A stretch of DNA of 64,000 nucleotides, from assembly GCA_002403205.1 (NCBI GenBank), contig DHHJ01000022.1, positions 24,105 to 88,104 on the forward strand. The letters are read 5' to 3'. The stretch comes from Anaerolineaceae bacterium UBA4775. GTDB taxonomy: Bacteria > Chloroflexota > Anaerolineae > Anaerolineales > Anaerolineaceae. Within the stretch, counting starts at the first letter, position 1; each line of letters starts with the position of its first letter. Position numbers and translations under genes: made by a program. This document shows positions 1-9,952 of the stretch, one piece after another. The notes beneath the pieces were generated by a model. That model saw only the letters and a program-made list of their open reading frames with translations. It searched no databases and was not told where the DNA came from.

Positions 1-1021
1 CGCACCGGACCAATTCTATCGTTTCGTGGCCAATGAGAATTACTTCGCTGGTATGCCCACTGTGGGCGAGCTGGTACTGATCAAGTTTGCTGATGATGCA
101 GGCGCCCAGGCGGCCTTCCGGACCAACGAAGTTGACATGATCTTCCGGGTGATCCCTCCCGAACAAATTGACCTGCTGAGCATGGTCGATGGCGTATCGA
201 TCGCCCAGGGCCCCCTGTTTGGCACACAAATGCTCATGATGAACTACGATGTGGAACCCTTCAATCTGGTTGAAGTGCGCCAGGCCGTGGCTTACGCCCT
301 CGATCGTGAAGATATGATCGATACGGTTTATCTTGGCGCAGCAACAGCCGGCAGCAATGGCTGGATTCATCCCGATTCGCCTTTTTATAACTCGCAGATC
401 GTTCAGGAATACAACCCCGAGCGTGCTGTTGAGCTGTTGGAAAGTGTTGGGATTGTTGATAGTGATGGCGGTGGTGTGCGTGAGTATGAAGGCGCTGAAC
501 TTTCGTTTGAACTGATCACCCCCAGTGGCAATGCCCTGCGCTTGCGGCTGGCTGAGCTGATCAAGGAGATGCTGGCCCAGGTTGGTATTCAGGTCAACGT
601 TGCCTCGGTGGAACAGACCACCTGGGAAGATATGGTCTGGCCTGAATTTGATATCACCTTCGGTCGCAGCTATGAGCTTTCGATGTGGGGTTGGTCTGCC
701 CCGGTGCAGGCTGATGTTTTCCGTGCACCTGAGCTGGTTCACTCCGATCCATTGATCGGCCCGCTGAACCTGTCAGGCGCAAACAGTGAAGATATCGATC
801 GCATCGCCAACGAGATGGCCTCTTCGCAAGACCCAGAATATCGTACTGAGAAGATCAAAGAATTGCAGCAGGCTATCGCCGATGAGATGCCATTTGTCAT
901 TCTGATGTACCCGGATGGAAACTACGCTTACTGGTCATCGGTTTATGACAACCTGGCCTTTATCGCTGGCCAGGGTGTGGTCAATAAACTTTCATTCCTG
1001 CCTGAATCTGCACGTCCGTAG
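1..1021 (+). CDS. ABC transporter substrate-binding protein, peptide/nickel (family 5); 5' end outside window
   Basis: Frame open from window edge; VRQAVAYALDR and LQQAIADEMPFVIL motifs; followed by two permeases. Confidence 0.9.
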   Translation, partial: APDQFYRFVANENYFAGMPTVGELVLIKFADDAGAQAAFRTNEVDMIFRVIPPEQIDLLSMVDGVSIAQGPLFGTQMLMMNYDVEPFNLVEVRQAVAYALDREDMIDTVYLGAATAGSNGWIHPDSPFYNSQIVQEYNPERAVELLESVGIVDSDGGGVREYEGAELSFELITPSGNALRLRLAELIKEMLAQVGIQVNVASVEQTTWEDMVWPEFDITFGRSYELSMWGWSAPVQADVFRAPELVHSDPLIGPLNLSGANSEDIDRIANEMASSQDPEYRTEKIKELQQAIADEMPFVILMYPDGNYAYWSSVYDNLAFIAGQGVVNKLSFLPESARP

Positions 1022-1039
1022 GTATAAGGAGCAACTGTT

Positions 1040-2011
1040 ATGCGAATTGGGCTGAAGGGAAACCGCTTATTAGAATATTTGCTGGTGTTTATCGTCGCGG
1101 TCACATTGAATTTTTTCCTTCCAAGGTTAATGCCTGGCAATCCTTTGGCTTTACTTGCCGGGGTTGATGTTGGCCTGATGACGCCCGAAGAGCGAGCTGA
1201 AGTAATCATAGAGGCTGGTCTTGACCAGCCTCTATGGAAACAGTATTTCAAATACATAGGAAACCTGCTGCGCGGTGATTTTGGTTATTCCTACCGGCAG
1301 AAGATGCCGATCATCGACATGATCATGGACCGCCTGCCTTGGACCTTGCTGATAACTGGGCTTTCGCTCATAGTCTCTTCCATTTTGGGGGTGGTTTTAG
1401 GTGCCATCGCGGCCTGGTATCGGGCTAAAGCGATTGATATTTCCTTATTGTGGACGATGATCCTGCTGGGTTCGATGCCTTCCTTTTGGCTGGGCATGCT
1501 GCTCATCTCTGTTGTCTCGGTTGAAAACCGGCTGCTGCCTTCGTTTGGCGCTATCACGCCGGCAATGAGCCTGACAGGCTGGGAGAAAACCAAGGACATT
1601 CTTGAGCATGCCGTTTTACCTGTAACGACCTTATCGATTTTGAGCGTCCCGGGCATTTTTCTTACCATGCGCTATACCATGCTCGGTGTTTTGGGAGAAG
1701 ATTTCATTCGAACAGCACGGGCGAAAGGATTGAGCGAGAAGGTGGTCTTGTTCCGACACGTTGTGCGGAATTCATTGGCCCCGGTTGTGACCATCCTGGC
1801 GATCCGTCTCGGGTATGCCTTTGGTGGAACCGTGGTGACTGAAACGGTGTTTTCCTACCCGGGTTTGGGACGGTTGATCTACGAATCGGTCAGTAACCGG
1901 GATTACCCGGTGCTCCAGGCGGCATTTTTGGTGATCACCATCGCTGTATTGGTCTCAAACATCCTGGCAGATTTAATGTATCCGATCCTGGATCCAAGGG
2001 CGAGGACCTAA
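1040..2011 (+). CDS. ABC permease, OppB/DppB-like
   Basis: MPGNP, GDFGYS, EDFIRTARAKGL (EAA loop), YPGLG, RDYPVLQ. Confidence 0.93.
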   Translation: MRIGLKGNRLLEYLLVFIVAVTLNFFLPRLMPGNPLALLAGVDVGLMTPEERAEVIIEAGLDQPLWKQYFKYIGNLLRGDFGYSYRQKMPIIDMIMDRLPWTLLITGLSLIVSSILGVVLGAIAAWYRAKAIDISLLWTMILLGSMPSFWLGMLLISVVSVENRLLPSFGAITPAMSLTGWEKTKDILEHAVLPVTTLSILSVPGIFLTMRYTMLGVLGEDFIRTARAKGLSEKVVLFRHVVRNSLAPVVTILAIRLGYAFGGTVVTETVFSYPGLGRLIYESVSNRDYPVLQAAFLVITIAVLVSNILADLMYPILDPRART

Positions 2012-2013
2012 CC

Positions 2014-2904
2014 ATGAGCACTTTAACATCGGTTCAAGTTGAAAAAACACGCCATGAAGACAAACCCGTGAGGAGAAGGTTCAATCCTTCAACTTTTGCG
2101 GGTTGGATGGGTGGTGTGATCATCGTTGGTCTGATCTTGGTGGCCATTTTTGCCAAGCAGCTCAGCCCATATGACCCGGCAGAGCGTGTCGGACGGCCTT
2201 TCCAACCGCCCAGTGCGGAACACTTGTTGGGTACAAATGACATTGGGCAGGATATCCTGAGCGAATTGATCTACGGTTCCCGGGTATCGCTGACCATAGG
2301 CATTGTGGCATCACTGGTGACCATGGGGATTGGCACCACTGTGGGCTTGCTCGCTGGATATTTCCCCAAACGTTTGGGAAAAGTGCTGATGCGGATCGTT
2401 GACTTGGTCTTAATCGTCCCATTCTTGCCGCTGTTGATCCTGCTGGCAGCCTATTTGGGCCGAAGTTTGTTCAACACGGTGATGATCATTGGCGTGCTGA
2501 GCTGGGCGGGTACGGCACGTGTGATTCGTTCGCACGTGCTGACGATCGTCCAACAGGATTATGTGTTAGCCTCTCGCACGATTGGCGCAGGTGACCTACA
2601 CATCATTACGATGCACATCCTTCCGCAGGTGTTGCTGCTGGCTGTTGGGCAGTTCGTTCAGGCCACCAGCGGCGCGATCCTGCTTGAAGCATCCCTCAGC
2701 TTCCTGGGTTTGGGTGACCCGCTTCAAAAAAGCTGGGGCACCGTGCTCTATTGGGCGCAAGTGCGGGGTGTGTTCTTAACCCCTGCCTGGCGGTGGTGGG
2801 TCTTGCCAGCCGGGTTGCTGATCAGCCTGGCGGCCTTAGGTTTTGCTTTACTGGGATTTTCCCTGGAGCAGGTGATCAACCCTCGCCTGCGGAACTCCCA
2901 TTAG
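2014..2904 (+). CDS. ABC permease, OppC/DppC-like
   Basis: HLLGTNDIGQD, LEASLSFLGLG, SWG motifs. Confidence 0.93.
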   Translation: MSTLTSVQVEKTRHEDKPVRRRFNPSTFAGWMGGVIIVGLILVAIFAKQLSPYDPAERVGRPFQPPSAEHLLGTNDIGQDILSELIYGSRVSLTIGIVASLVTMGIGTTVGLLAGYFPKRLGKVLMRIVDLVLIVPFLPLLILLAAYLGRSLFNTVMIIGVLSWAGTARVIRSHVLTIVQQDYVLASRTIGAGDLHIITMHILPQVLLLAVGQFVQATSGAILLEASLSFLGLGDPLQKSWGTVLYWAQVRGVFLTPAWRWWVLPAGLLISLAALGFALLGFSLEQVINPRLRNSH

Positions 2905-2965
2905 GATCTGAGTTTTAACTGGTCCGTAATTTTTATATCGTCAGAGGATTGCAAAGGAGAAAAAT

Positions 2966-3712
2966 ATGACAAAAGTGTTAATGCTGGCCAGCTTTGGCCT
3001 TGAGATTGTGGAATGTGGCGGTGCTCTGGCCGCGCATGTGGCGGCTGGTGACGAAGTACAGGCTGCGGTGTTGATGGCCAGGTCTGAAAGCCGTGATCAG
3101 ATTGCCCAGGCAGCAAAAATCCTCGGGATCGACCAGGTGGACTTCCTGGGCTTCCCCTCCGGTGAATACACCACCGATGCGCCCTGGAAAGAAAAAGTTG
3201 TCACATTGATGCGGCGTGTGCGGCCGGACATCGTCATCACCCAGGACCCCGTCCATGCACAGCATGACCTCGATCCTGATCGGCGCACGATCGCCCTGCT
3301 GTACCCCGAATCCTTCGCCCTGGCCGGCCGTGATTGGCACGTCGAAGAATGTGGCGGGTATGAGCCACATATGGTACACACCATTTATTACATGACGCCC
3401 GAAGAACCGAACTGCATTGTTGAGATCAGTGAGTTCTTCCACCTCAAACAAAAAGCGCTTGAGGTTTTGACCTACCAGTTAGCCTTCAGTGCGCAATCCA
3501 TCCAGCAGCGGGCCTCAGTGGACGTTCTGCGTTATGTTGTGCCGGAATATGAATCCATGAAAGCCGACCCCGTTGCACTGGGCTTGGAATTCCATACGCA
3601 ATTTGACAAAGCCCTGGCTTTGCAGCATGGTTTGGCTGGTCATTCAGGTGCCGTGCTGGGAGAGGCCTATCGCCGAGAAGGACCGTTCGTGATCGATCGC
3701 CTTTTGGTGTAA
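2966..3712 (+). CDS. PIG-L/LmbE-family protein with degenerate metal-binding motifs
   Basis: Fold-typical segments (ECGG, AAKILGI, RPDIVIT, K.KAL, GEAY), but HPDD and HxDH are replaced; GGAG RBS. Confidence 0.7.
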   Translation: MTKVLMLASFGLEIVECGGALAAHVAAGDEVQAAVLMARSESRDQIAQAAKILGIDQVDFLGFPSGEYTTDAPWKEKVVTLMRRVRPDIVITQDPVHAQHDLDPDRRTIALLYPESFALAGRDWHVEECGGYEPHMVHTIYYMTPEEPNCIVEISEFFHLKQKALEVLTYQLAFSAQSIQQRASVDVLRYVVPEYESMKADPVALGLEFHTQFDKALALQHGLAGHSGAVLGEAYRREGPFVIDRLLV

Positions 3713-3779
3713 GCTGGACGAAATATCATCACACGATTGGCAGATTTGTCAGGCTGCCAACCTTGTGGATCAATTTGTG

Positions 3780-3811
3780 AAAAGGCAGTCCCGCTTTTGG
3801 ACTGCCTTTTT
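3780..3811 (+). terminator. Rho-independent terminator
   Basis: AAAGGCAGTCC-7-GGACTGCCTTT followed by T run. Confidence 0.8.
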
Positions 3812-3989
3812 CATCATTTTTCTTTTCAAATCGTGCCAGGTGAGCGTAAACCGGCCTGGCTGAATGTGCGTAGTTCAACTAAATCGGCCTCTTTTGGGGA
3901 GGCCTATCGCTGCTCATATGTGGCCAACAGCGGGTTTATGAGGCACATCAAGTATAATCAGGGCTGTTTAATGAGGTGATGGTGACAGG

Positions 3990-4895
3990 ATGAAAGACAA
4001 ACATGTGGGTTTGATCGCGATGCTGGTGGCTGCCCTGGGGCTGGCGATCGCTGTGGTGTTAATGAAGGTGATCCCGCAATATACGCAGCTGCCCCCACAG
4101 CATATCGCCATTTGGCGGTTCACGCTGGCAACCCCACCACTCCTGATTTTCCTGGCGGCAAGACGGGGACCCAAGCGGATGCTCCCCCGCCAGCCCTGGT
4201 GGTTCTTGATCCTGGGGTTGACCTTTTCCGTCGCCAGTTTTTCAGCGATTTTCGCTTTGCAGCGCTTGTCCTCTTCGATCTATGTGATCGTTCTGAACTT
4301 TTACCCTTCCCTGGTGATGATCTACACCCTGCTCACCGGCGGCGCCGTGCCGCGCATTTTCTGGCTGGGCCTGCCCCTGACCTTGCTCGGCCTCGTTTTG
4401 ACGGCTTTCGATTTTGGGTCTGTGCTGGCGGTAGACCCGTTGGGCCTGGTGATCACCCTGGTGAATGCCCTGGCCTTGGCGGCCTTCATGTTGATCAGCG
4501 CCTGGGCATTCAGAGGGCTTGACAAGCCGTTGACGGGCACCCTGGGCGTGATGCTCGGGGGGATGGCGGTCGGGTTGCTGCTGATCCCCTTGCTGGGCAT
4601 CAGCATGCCTGCCAATATAAAGGAATGGCTATTATTATTCAGCTTCAGCCTGTTTGGCACGTTAATGCCTATCATGGCCATGAATTTCAGCCTGAAGTAC
4701 ATCGGTGCGGCCAGGGGGTCGATCATCGTCACGGTACAACCGGTATTGACCATTCTGATCGCCATGGTGTTCCTGAATGAAACCCTCACGCTTCAGCAAT
4801 GGTTCGGCGGCGCATTAGTGATCCTGTCGATTGTCCTGATGCAGCGCAGCCCCGATCGGTTGGGAAAGCCGGTGGCCGAAGGTCAGCCCAGGTAA
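3990..4895 (+). CDS. DMT/EamA family transporter
   Basis: About 10 TM helices, WRF, QPV...FLNETL motifs. Confidence 0.88.
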   Translation: MKDKHVGLIAMLVAALGLAIAVVLMKVIPQYTQLPPQHIAIWRFTLATPPLLIFLAARRGPKRMLPRQPWWFLILGLTFSVASFSAIFALQRLSSSIYVIVLNFYPSLVMIYTLLTGGAVPRIFWLGLPLTLLGLVLTAFDFGSVLAVDPLGLVITLVNALALAAFMLISAWAFRGLDKPLTGTLGVMLGGMAVGLLLIPLLGISMPANIKEWLLLFSFSLFGTLMPIMAMNFSLKYIGAARGSIIVTVQPVLTILIAMVFLNETLTLQQWFGGALVILSIVLMQRSPDRLGKPVAEGQPR

Positions 4896-4977
4896 TGGCT
4901 GCGGGCTGTAACGCCCGGCCGGCCTAATTGAACACGGCTGGCAGTGCAGGAGATTAACCATGGAGGAAATCTGAGCA

Positions 4978-5340
4978 ATGGACAAGAAAGTCATACTGGG
5001 CAGCGCAGCCGGGGGGTTGGCGATGCTCGCTTTTGCCCTCGGCTTGCTTTTACTGATGGGCCAGCCAATGGATGTCAGAACCCTGGCTGATAACCTGCTG
5101 GTGACGGCCCTGATTTCATTGCTGGCACCCTTCGCTGGCGGTTTTTTAGCGGGTTTGATTGGAACAGGTCATCCCCGGCAGGCGGGGTTGCTGGCCGGGC
5201 TGGGTGCCAGCCTGGTGGTGATGCTCATCTGGCTGGTGAATGCCGGTGCTTCTTGGGAGGCGATCATCAGCGGGTTGGCGTTGGTGTTTGTGTGGGCGGT
5301 TCTGTCCCGCATTGGGGCTGGTTTGGCTTTGCCGCGATGA
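4978..5340 (+). CDS. Small 4-TM membrane protein, unknown function
   Basis: Gly/Ala-rich hydrophobic ORF, GGAGG upstream. Confidence 0.65.
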   Translation: MDKKVILGSAAGGLAMLAFALGLLLLMGQPMDVRTLADNLLVTALISLLAPFAGGFLAGLIGTGHPRQAGLLAGLGASLVVMLIWLVNAGASWEAIISGLALVFVWAVLSRIGAGLALPR

Positions 5341-5475
5341 TGGGGCAAGTTTTAACAGTGATTGGTGTAAATTCTGGGGGCATTTCTTATGAATTTCCTA
5401 TAAAGACCGTGTAAAATGCTGATAAGTAAGGTGTGACCAGCAAGCTCATCTTCTTCTCCTTTTCTATTGGTCAAG

Positions 5476-5500
5476 CCCTCCCGGTTAAGAGCCGGGAGGG
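5476..5500. terminator. Hairpin between convergent genes
   Basis: CCCTCCCGG-7-CCGGGAGGG. Confidence 0.65.
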
Positions 5501-5548
5501 TTGCTTTAATTCAGGTGTTGGTTTGGGGTTTTGGCAAGGGGGTTCAGG

Positions 5549-6934
5549 TCAGCCGCCGCGATAGGCCGGTACAGGGATGACGACCACCTTGCACAGGCGC
5601 TCATCCTGCATGCGGCTGTATAAACGCGGGTCGAGCTGCTCTTCCGTGTTGGCTGTGGTAATGACCGTGGGCAATTCAGCGCTGTAGCGGTAGTTAAACA
5701 GCTGGTAGAGTTTTTCGCGTGCCCAGGGGGTCGCAGATTGGGTGCCCAGGTCGTCAAGGATGAGCAACCGTGTGGTGCGGATCTCATCAAAACGCCGGTC
5801 CAGTGAAACCGGGCTGGTGGGGCTGAAGGTCGCGCGCAGGTGGTCCAGCAAGTCTGGCACGCTCACCATCAGCGGTGGGAAGCCCACGCCGGCCTGGTAA
5901 TTGCCGATGGCTGCCGCTAAATGGGTTTTGCCGCAGCCAAAAGGCCCCGTGAGCAGGAGCCATCCGCGGGGGTGTTCGGCGAACTCCCGGGCGGCGTCGA
6001 AGGCTGCTTTGAGATCCTTGAGGTCCTGTTTGGGGAGTTTTTCGTGCTGCCGGAGGCTGAAGCTGCCAAAGGTCTGCCGGCTGTGCAAGCCGAGGGTGGA
6101 GAGCTCGGGGTGCCCGGTGTCATCAGCGGGGTTGCGGTAATCGGGTGCCAGGATCTTCACCACGGTGACCAGGTTGGGGTCTTGCAGGCGTGAACGGATG
6201 CGCCCTTCAAAGTCGTTGACCAGGACGTTACTGGTGACCACGGTGGGGAGCTGGTTGACATAGCGATGGTTGATAATCTGGTAAATTTTTTCCTGGGCCC
6301 AGGCGGTTGCATTCTGGGTGCCGAAGTCATCCAAAATCAGCAAGGGGATTTCGCGGATTTCCTCGAAGCGTTCTTCGAAGCTCTGGTTTGCGCCGGTATA
6401 GGCATAGCGAAGCCAATCCAGCAGGTCAGGTACGGTTAAAAAGATGGTTGAGACGCCCTGTTCGATGGTGTGGTTGGCGATGGCAGCGGCCAGGTGCGTT
6501 TTTCCGCAACCGTAGCGACCCAGGAGCAACAGCCAGCCCTGGCGATGTTCTGCGAAGTGGTAGGCCTGGTTGTAGGCATTTTCGAGGGAATCGGCCTGGC
6601 GGGCGGCCAGCCCGATGTGGCCGCGTTTTTCAAAATTGCTGAAGCGCAGCTCTTTGAGCGCATCAAGGCTGCTCATGCGGAACAAGCGTGACTTTGCCGT
6701 TTGGGTGATCTCATCTGCCCGGCAGGTGCAGGGCACCATTTTTCCAAAATCCGGGTGGTCAATCGGCAGGTCGCGGCGCAGATACCCGATCCCGCCGCAG
6801 ATAGGGCAGTTTGGGTCACCAGGCATTTTCACCTGGCGGATGCCGCCGGCCGAATCCGCTCCTTCATTTCCGCTTGAGCCAGCTTTGTCGATATCTTTCT
6901 GGATCTTGCGGATCGTATCGTCGATCTTGCTCAT
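5549..6934 (-). CDS. DnaC/DnaI/IstB-like helicase loader with N-terminal Zn motif and two tandem AAA+ domains
   Basis: CPICGG..CTC; Walker A GRYGCGKT and GPFGCGKT; Walker B LILDDFG and LILDDLG; downstream of dnaB and dnaD; alternative start 6940. Confidence 0.85.
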   Translation of the reverse strand: MSKIDDTIRKIQKDIDKAGSSGNEGADSAGGIRQVKMPGDPNCPICGGIGYLRRDLPIDHPDFGKMVPCTCRADEITQTAKSRLFRMSSLDALKELRFSNFEKRGHIGLAARQADSLENAYNQAYHFAEHRQGWLLLLGRYGCGKTHLAAAIANHTIEQGVSTIFLTVPDLLDWLRYAYTGANQSFEERFEEIREIPLLILDDFGTQNATAWAQEKIYQIINHRYVNQLPTVVTSNVLVNDFEGRIRSRLQDPNLVTVVKILAPDYRNPADDTGHPELSTLGLHSRQTFGSFSLRQHEKLPKQDLKDLKAAFDAAREFAEHPRGWLLLTGPFGCGKTHLAAAIGNYQAGVGFPPLMVSVPDLLDHLRATFSPTSPVSLDRRFDEIRTTRLLILDDLGTQSATPWAREKLYQLFNYRYSAELPTVITTANTEEQLDPRLYSRMQDERLCKVVVIPVPAYRGG

Positions 6935-7556
6935 TTCCATATCCTTCCTTTTGCCAGCGCTTCAATATCCCCTGGACGTACTTCCAGGTGCGAACATTGC
7001 GGGCGACGGCGATCTGGATCGCCTCTTTGATCCAGGACGCTGGGTAAGTTGCTTCGTCGTCTTTGAGAATTTCTGCCATCATCGGCGTGATCACACCGAT
7101 GTTTTCTTCATAGAGTTTGAAGATGTTGGGCTGGTCCCCAACCAGGTGAATGGGCTGCCGGTCGCCTTGGTCACCCTGCCACTCGCCCTGTTCAATGGCA
7201 GTAACGGCCGCTCTGCCCTGGGGGGTGTTGAGAAAATAGTGAACTTCACCCATCCAGTCCATATCTGCCTTCAATAGGACACCCAGGCTGGTCAACGCTT
7301 CCAGCCCGGCTTCCAGGCCCTGAGCGCCGCCCACCATTTGCAGCAGGGCAGGATCGGCGTTCAAATCGGCCAGCCTGAAGTAGCGCACTTTGTTTTGTTG
7401 CGCTTCTGCATGCCAGAACAGGTACAACAGGAGTTTTATCTGGTTGATGTCCTGCATCTCCGGCAGTAACTGGGTGAAGAATGCCTGGGGCAGCCGCACA
7501 GGCGATTGGTCGTCCTCAGGGAAACCGGAAAATAGAATGGGGGAATGGGGCACCAT
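6864..7556 (-). CDS. DnaD-domain replication protein
   Basis: IFKLYEENIG...WIKEAI..A...NVRTWKYVQGILKRW (YxxxIxxxW). Confidence 0.85.
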   Translation of the reverse strand: MVPHSPILFSGFPEDDQSPVRLPQAFFTQLLPEMQDINQIKLLLYLFWHAEAQQNKVRYFRLADLNADPALLQMVGGAQGLEAGLEALTSLGVLLKADMDWMGEVHYFLNTPQGRAAVTAIEQGEWQGDQGDRQPIHLVGDQPNIFKLYEENIGVITPMMAEILKDDEATYPASWIKEAIQIAVARNVRTWKYVQGILKRWQKEGYGNEQDRRYDPQDPERYRQSWLKRK

Positions 7557-7569
7557 GGGTTAATCTCCC

Positions 7570-8940
7570 TCAGCCTTCAAAAACCGGTCCCCTGGCTGCA
7601 TTTTCAAATTTGGCCAGTTCATCGATGAAGACCAGGCTGATGCCCGGATGCGTGGGCCCATTGCGGTGTTTGGCGACGATCATCTTGGCTTCGTTTTTCC
7701 TTTCAATCTCTTCGCTGACCGGGTCACGGTCGATGAACATCACAATGTCCGCATCCTGTTCCAGCGAGCCGGATTCACGCAGATCGGAGAGCTGGGGTTT
7801 TTTGTCGGTGCGGTGTTCGACCGCACGCGAAAGCTGGGCGGCCGTCAGGACCGGGACGTTTAATTCCCGGGCTAACACCTTGAGGTTGCGGGAGATGTTG
7901 GAAACTTCCTGCACACGGTTGTCGGTGCGGCTGTCACCGCTCATCAACTGCAGGTAGTCAACGATGATCAGGTCAAGGCCGAACTCCAAATGCAGCCGCC
8001 GGCACTTTGTGCGCAGTGAAAGGGGGGTAATGGCCGGGGTGTCATCCAAAAAAATCATCGCCCGATCGTAGGAATCGAGGGCCTGGTAGAAGACATCCCA
8101 CTCATTGTCATTCAGACGGCCAGTGCGCAATCGCTGGGTATCGATGCGGGTGTCCATGGCGATCAGGCGCTGCAGGAGCTGTTCGTTTGACATCTCCATT
8201 GAGAACATGGCCACGTGTTTTTTGTGCACCAGGGCAGCATTGCGCATGGTCCCGAGCAAAAAACCGGTTTTCCCTGTGCCGGGGCGCCCTGCCACGATCA
8301 ACAGGTCGGATTTTTGTAAGCCGCCCAGCAGATGGTCAAGATCGATCAACCCGGTGGGGACGCCGTAGATATCGTCCGGCCTTTTAGCCAGCTCATCGAT
8401 CCGGTCGTAATATTCCCGGGCAACTTCCCGAATGGGGATCAAGTCGCGCTTGATGCGGCGCTCACTGACATTGAAGATCGCTTTTTCGGCTTCATCGACC
8501 ACGACATCAATGGATTGGTCCTGGTGGTAAGCCAGGCGGGCGATCTCGTTGGCGGCTTCCAGCATCCGGCGGCGGACGGCGTTTTGTTCGATGATGCGCC
8601 CGTAGGATTCGGCGTGGTAGGCGTTCGGCGCCTGGTTGATGAGGGAGATCAGGTACGCCCGGCCGCCGATTTCATCAAGCTGACCGCGGTTGATGAGGGT
8701 TTCGGTAATGGTGACCAGGTCGATGGGCTGCCGGGTCTCGCTGAGGTGTTGAAAACACTCCCATACCCAGCGGTTGCGCACCAGGAAGAAATCCTCGGGG
8801 TTCAGGAACTGGGCGACATCGAGGTATACCTCGGGGTTGATCAGCACTGCGCCGATCAACGCTTCTTCAGCTTCACGGTTGCTCGGCTGGGTCATCGCTT
8901 CTGAGATGGTATTGTCACTGAAGTTCAGGTCGTCGTTCAT
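7570..8940 (-). CDS. dnaB: Replicative DNA helicase
   Basis: EAEEALIG, GRPGTGKT, IVDYLQL, SDLRESGSLEQDAD, KHRNGP. Confidence 0.97.
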   Translation of the reverse strand: MNDDLNFSDNTISEAMTQPSNREAEEALIGAVLINPEVYLDVAQFLNPEDFFLVRNRWVWECFQHLSETRQPIDLVTITETLINRGQLDEIGGRAYLISLINQAPNAYHAESYGRIIEQNAVRRRMLEAANEIARLAYHQDQSIDVVVDEAEKAIFNVSERRIKRDLIPIREVAREYYDRIDELAKRPDDIYGVPTGLIDLDHLLGGLQKSDLLIVAGRPGTGKTGFLLGTMRNAALVHKKHVAMFSMEMSNEQLLQRLIAMDTRIDTQRLRTGRLNDNEWDVFYQALDSYDRAMIFLDDTPAITPLSLRTKCRRLHLEFGLDLIIVDYLQLMSGDSRTDNRVQEVSNISRNLKVLARELNVPVLTAAQLSRAVEHRTDKKPQLSDLRESGSLEQDADIVMFIDRDPVSEEIERKNEAKMIVAKHRNGPTHPGISLVFIDELAKFENAARGPVFEG

Positions 8941-9065
8941 GAGCGCCTTGTCTTAATTACACGTTGCTGGATGGGGCTGATGGGTCTGTATTGTCTAAAA
9001 AACCGGGATCCAGCCATGGCTGAGATCTCCCGGTTATTATAACCTTTAAAAAGCTGCAGAACGGG

Positions 9066-9617
9066 TCAGTCGTCGTCCTCTTGGTCGTCCTCGAGGTCGT
9101 CGAGATCAAAATTCTGCAGGAAGTCTTCAAACACATCCAGGCTTTCATCTTCCAGGTCTGGGCCGTGTTCCGTTTCGGCTTGGTCTGCGTCCATATCGGA
9201 AATGTCTTCCTCAGGGACGATCCCAGCCTGGTTCATGACATCTTCGGCGACCATGATCGGCGCCCGCATGCGTGCTGCTAACGCCAGTGCATCGGAGGGA
9301 CGGCAATCGACCTGCCTGCGGCTGCCATTGACCTCTAAAACCAGGTTGCCGTAAAAGACATCATCTGAAAGCGAACTGACCTCAACCTGGATCAGGTCGG
9401 CGTTAAGGGACTGGATCAATGTTTTGAGCAGGTCATGGGTTTGCGGCCTGGCGACCTGGATCTCTTGTAGGGCGATGGTGATCGCTTCTGCTTCGTACAA
9501 ACCAATCCAAATCGGCAGGTAACGCTCTGCGTTGACTTGTTTTAAGATGACGATGCGTTGCTGATTGGTCAGGCTGACTCGAACGCTGTCGATTTCAACC
9601 TCAATCATTCTGGGCAT
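9066..9617 (-). CDS. Bifunctional nuclease (DUF151) family protein
   Basis: LPIWIG, RPQTHDL, DCRPSDALALA; acidic tail; start at MPRMIEV after GGAG. Confidence 0.88.
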   Translation of the reverse strand: MPRMIEVEIDSVRVSLTNQQRIVILKQVNAERYLPIWIGLYEAEAITIALQEIQVARPQTHDLLKTLIQSLNADLIQVEVSSLSDDVFYGNLVLEVNGSRRQVDCRPSDALALAARMRAPIMVAEDVMNQAGIVPEEDISDMDADQAETEHGPDLEDESLDVFEDFLQNFDLDDLEDDQEDDD

Positions 9618-9952
9618 GGGATTCTCCTGCATTTTCCAAGGTAGATTTGATTCTAACACGAGCCATAGTAAGACGCAACCAAATTCCCAATAGATGTGTA
9701 CGACTTTTTAAGGTTTTCGAGTATAATCGAAACAAACATGCGCGCCAGACTAAACCTGAATTTTAATGGTGATCCCGAATTGGCTGGCAATCAAGGTTCC
9801 GCTCATCCACAAACCGCTCTCCCCAAGGAACCTGCACATTTTCGTAGCAAACAGTCCATATGTGTTTGCCGATCTGAATTTAATAAAATTTACCTGAGTT
9901 TTGATTTGTTTGATATTATTGTTTCATTGATCGAAAAGGGAAGGATTAGATT

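Noticed and set aside
3737-3979. 80-aa ORF with GEAYR echoing the end of the PIG-L gene
   Set aside because: Spans a terminator; the match is only about 13-15 nt and could be chance or an unprovable remnant
5549-6940. IS21 IstB helper / mobile element
   Set aside because: No IstA transposase or terminal repeats; operonic with dnaB and dnaD
9740-9800. c-di-GMP-I riboswitch or 6S RNA
   Set aside because: Only a partial resemblance (CCAGACTAAACC); the GCAAA/GNRA stem is missing and there is no long rod structure
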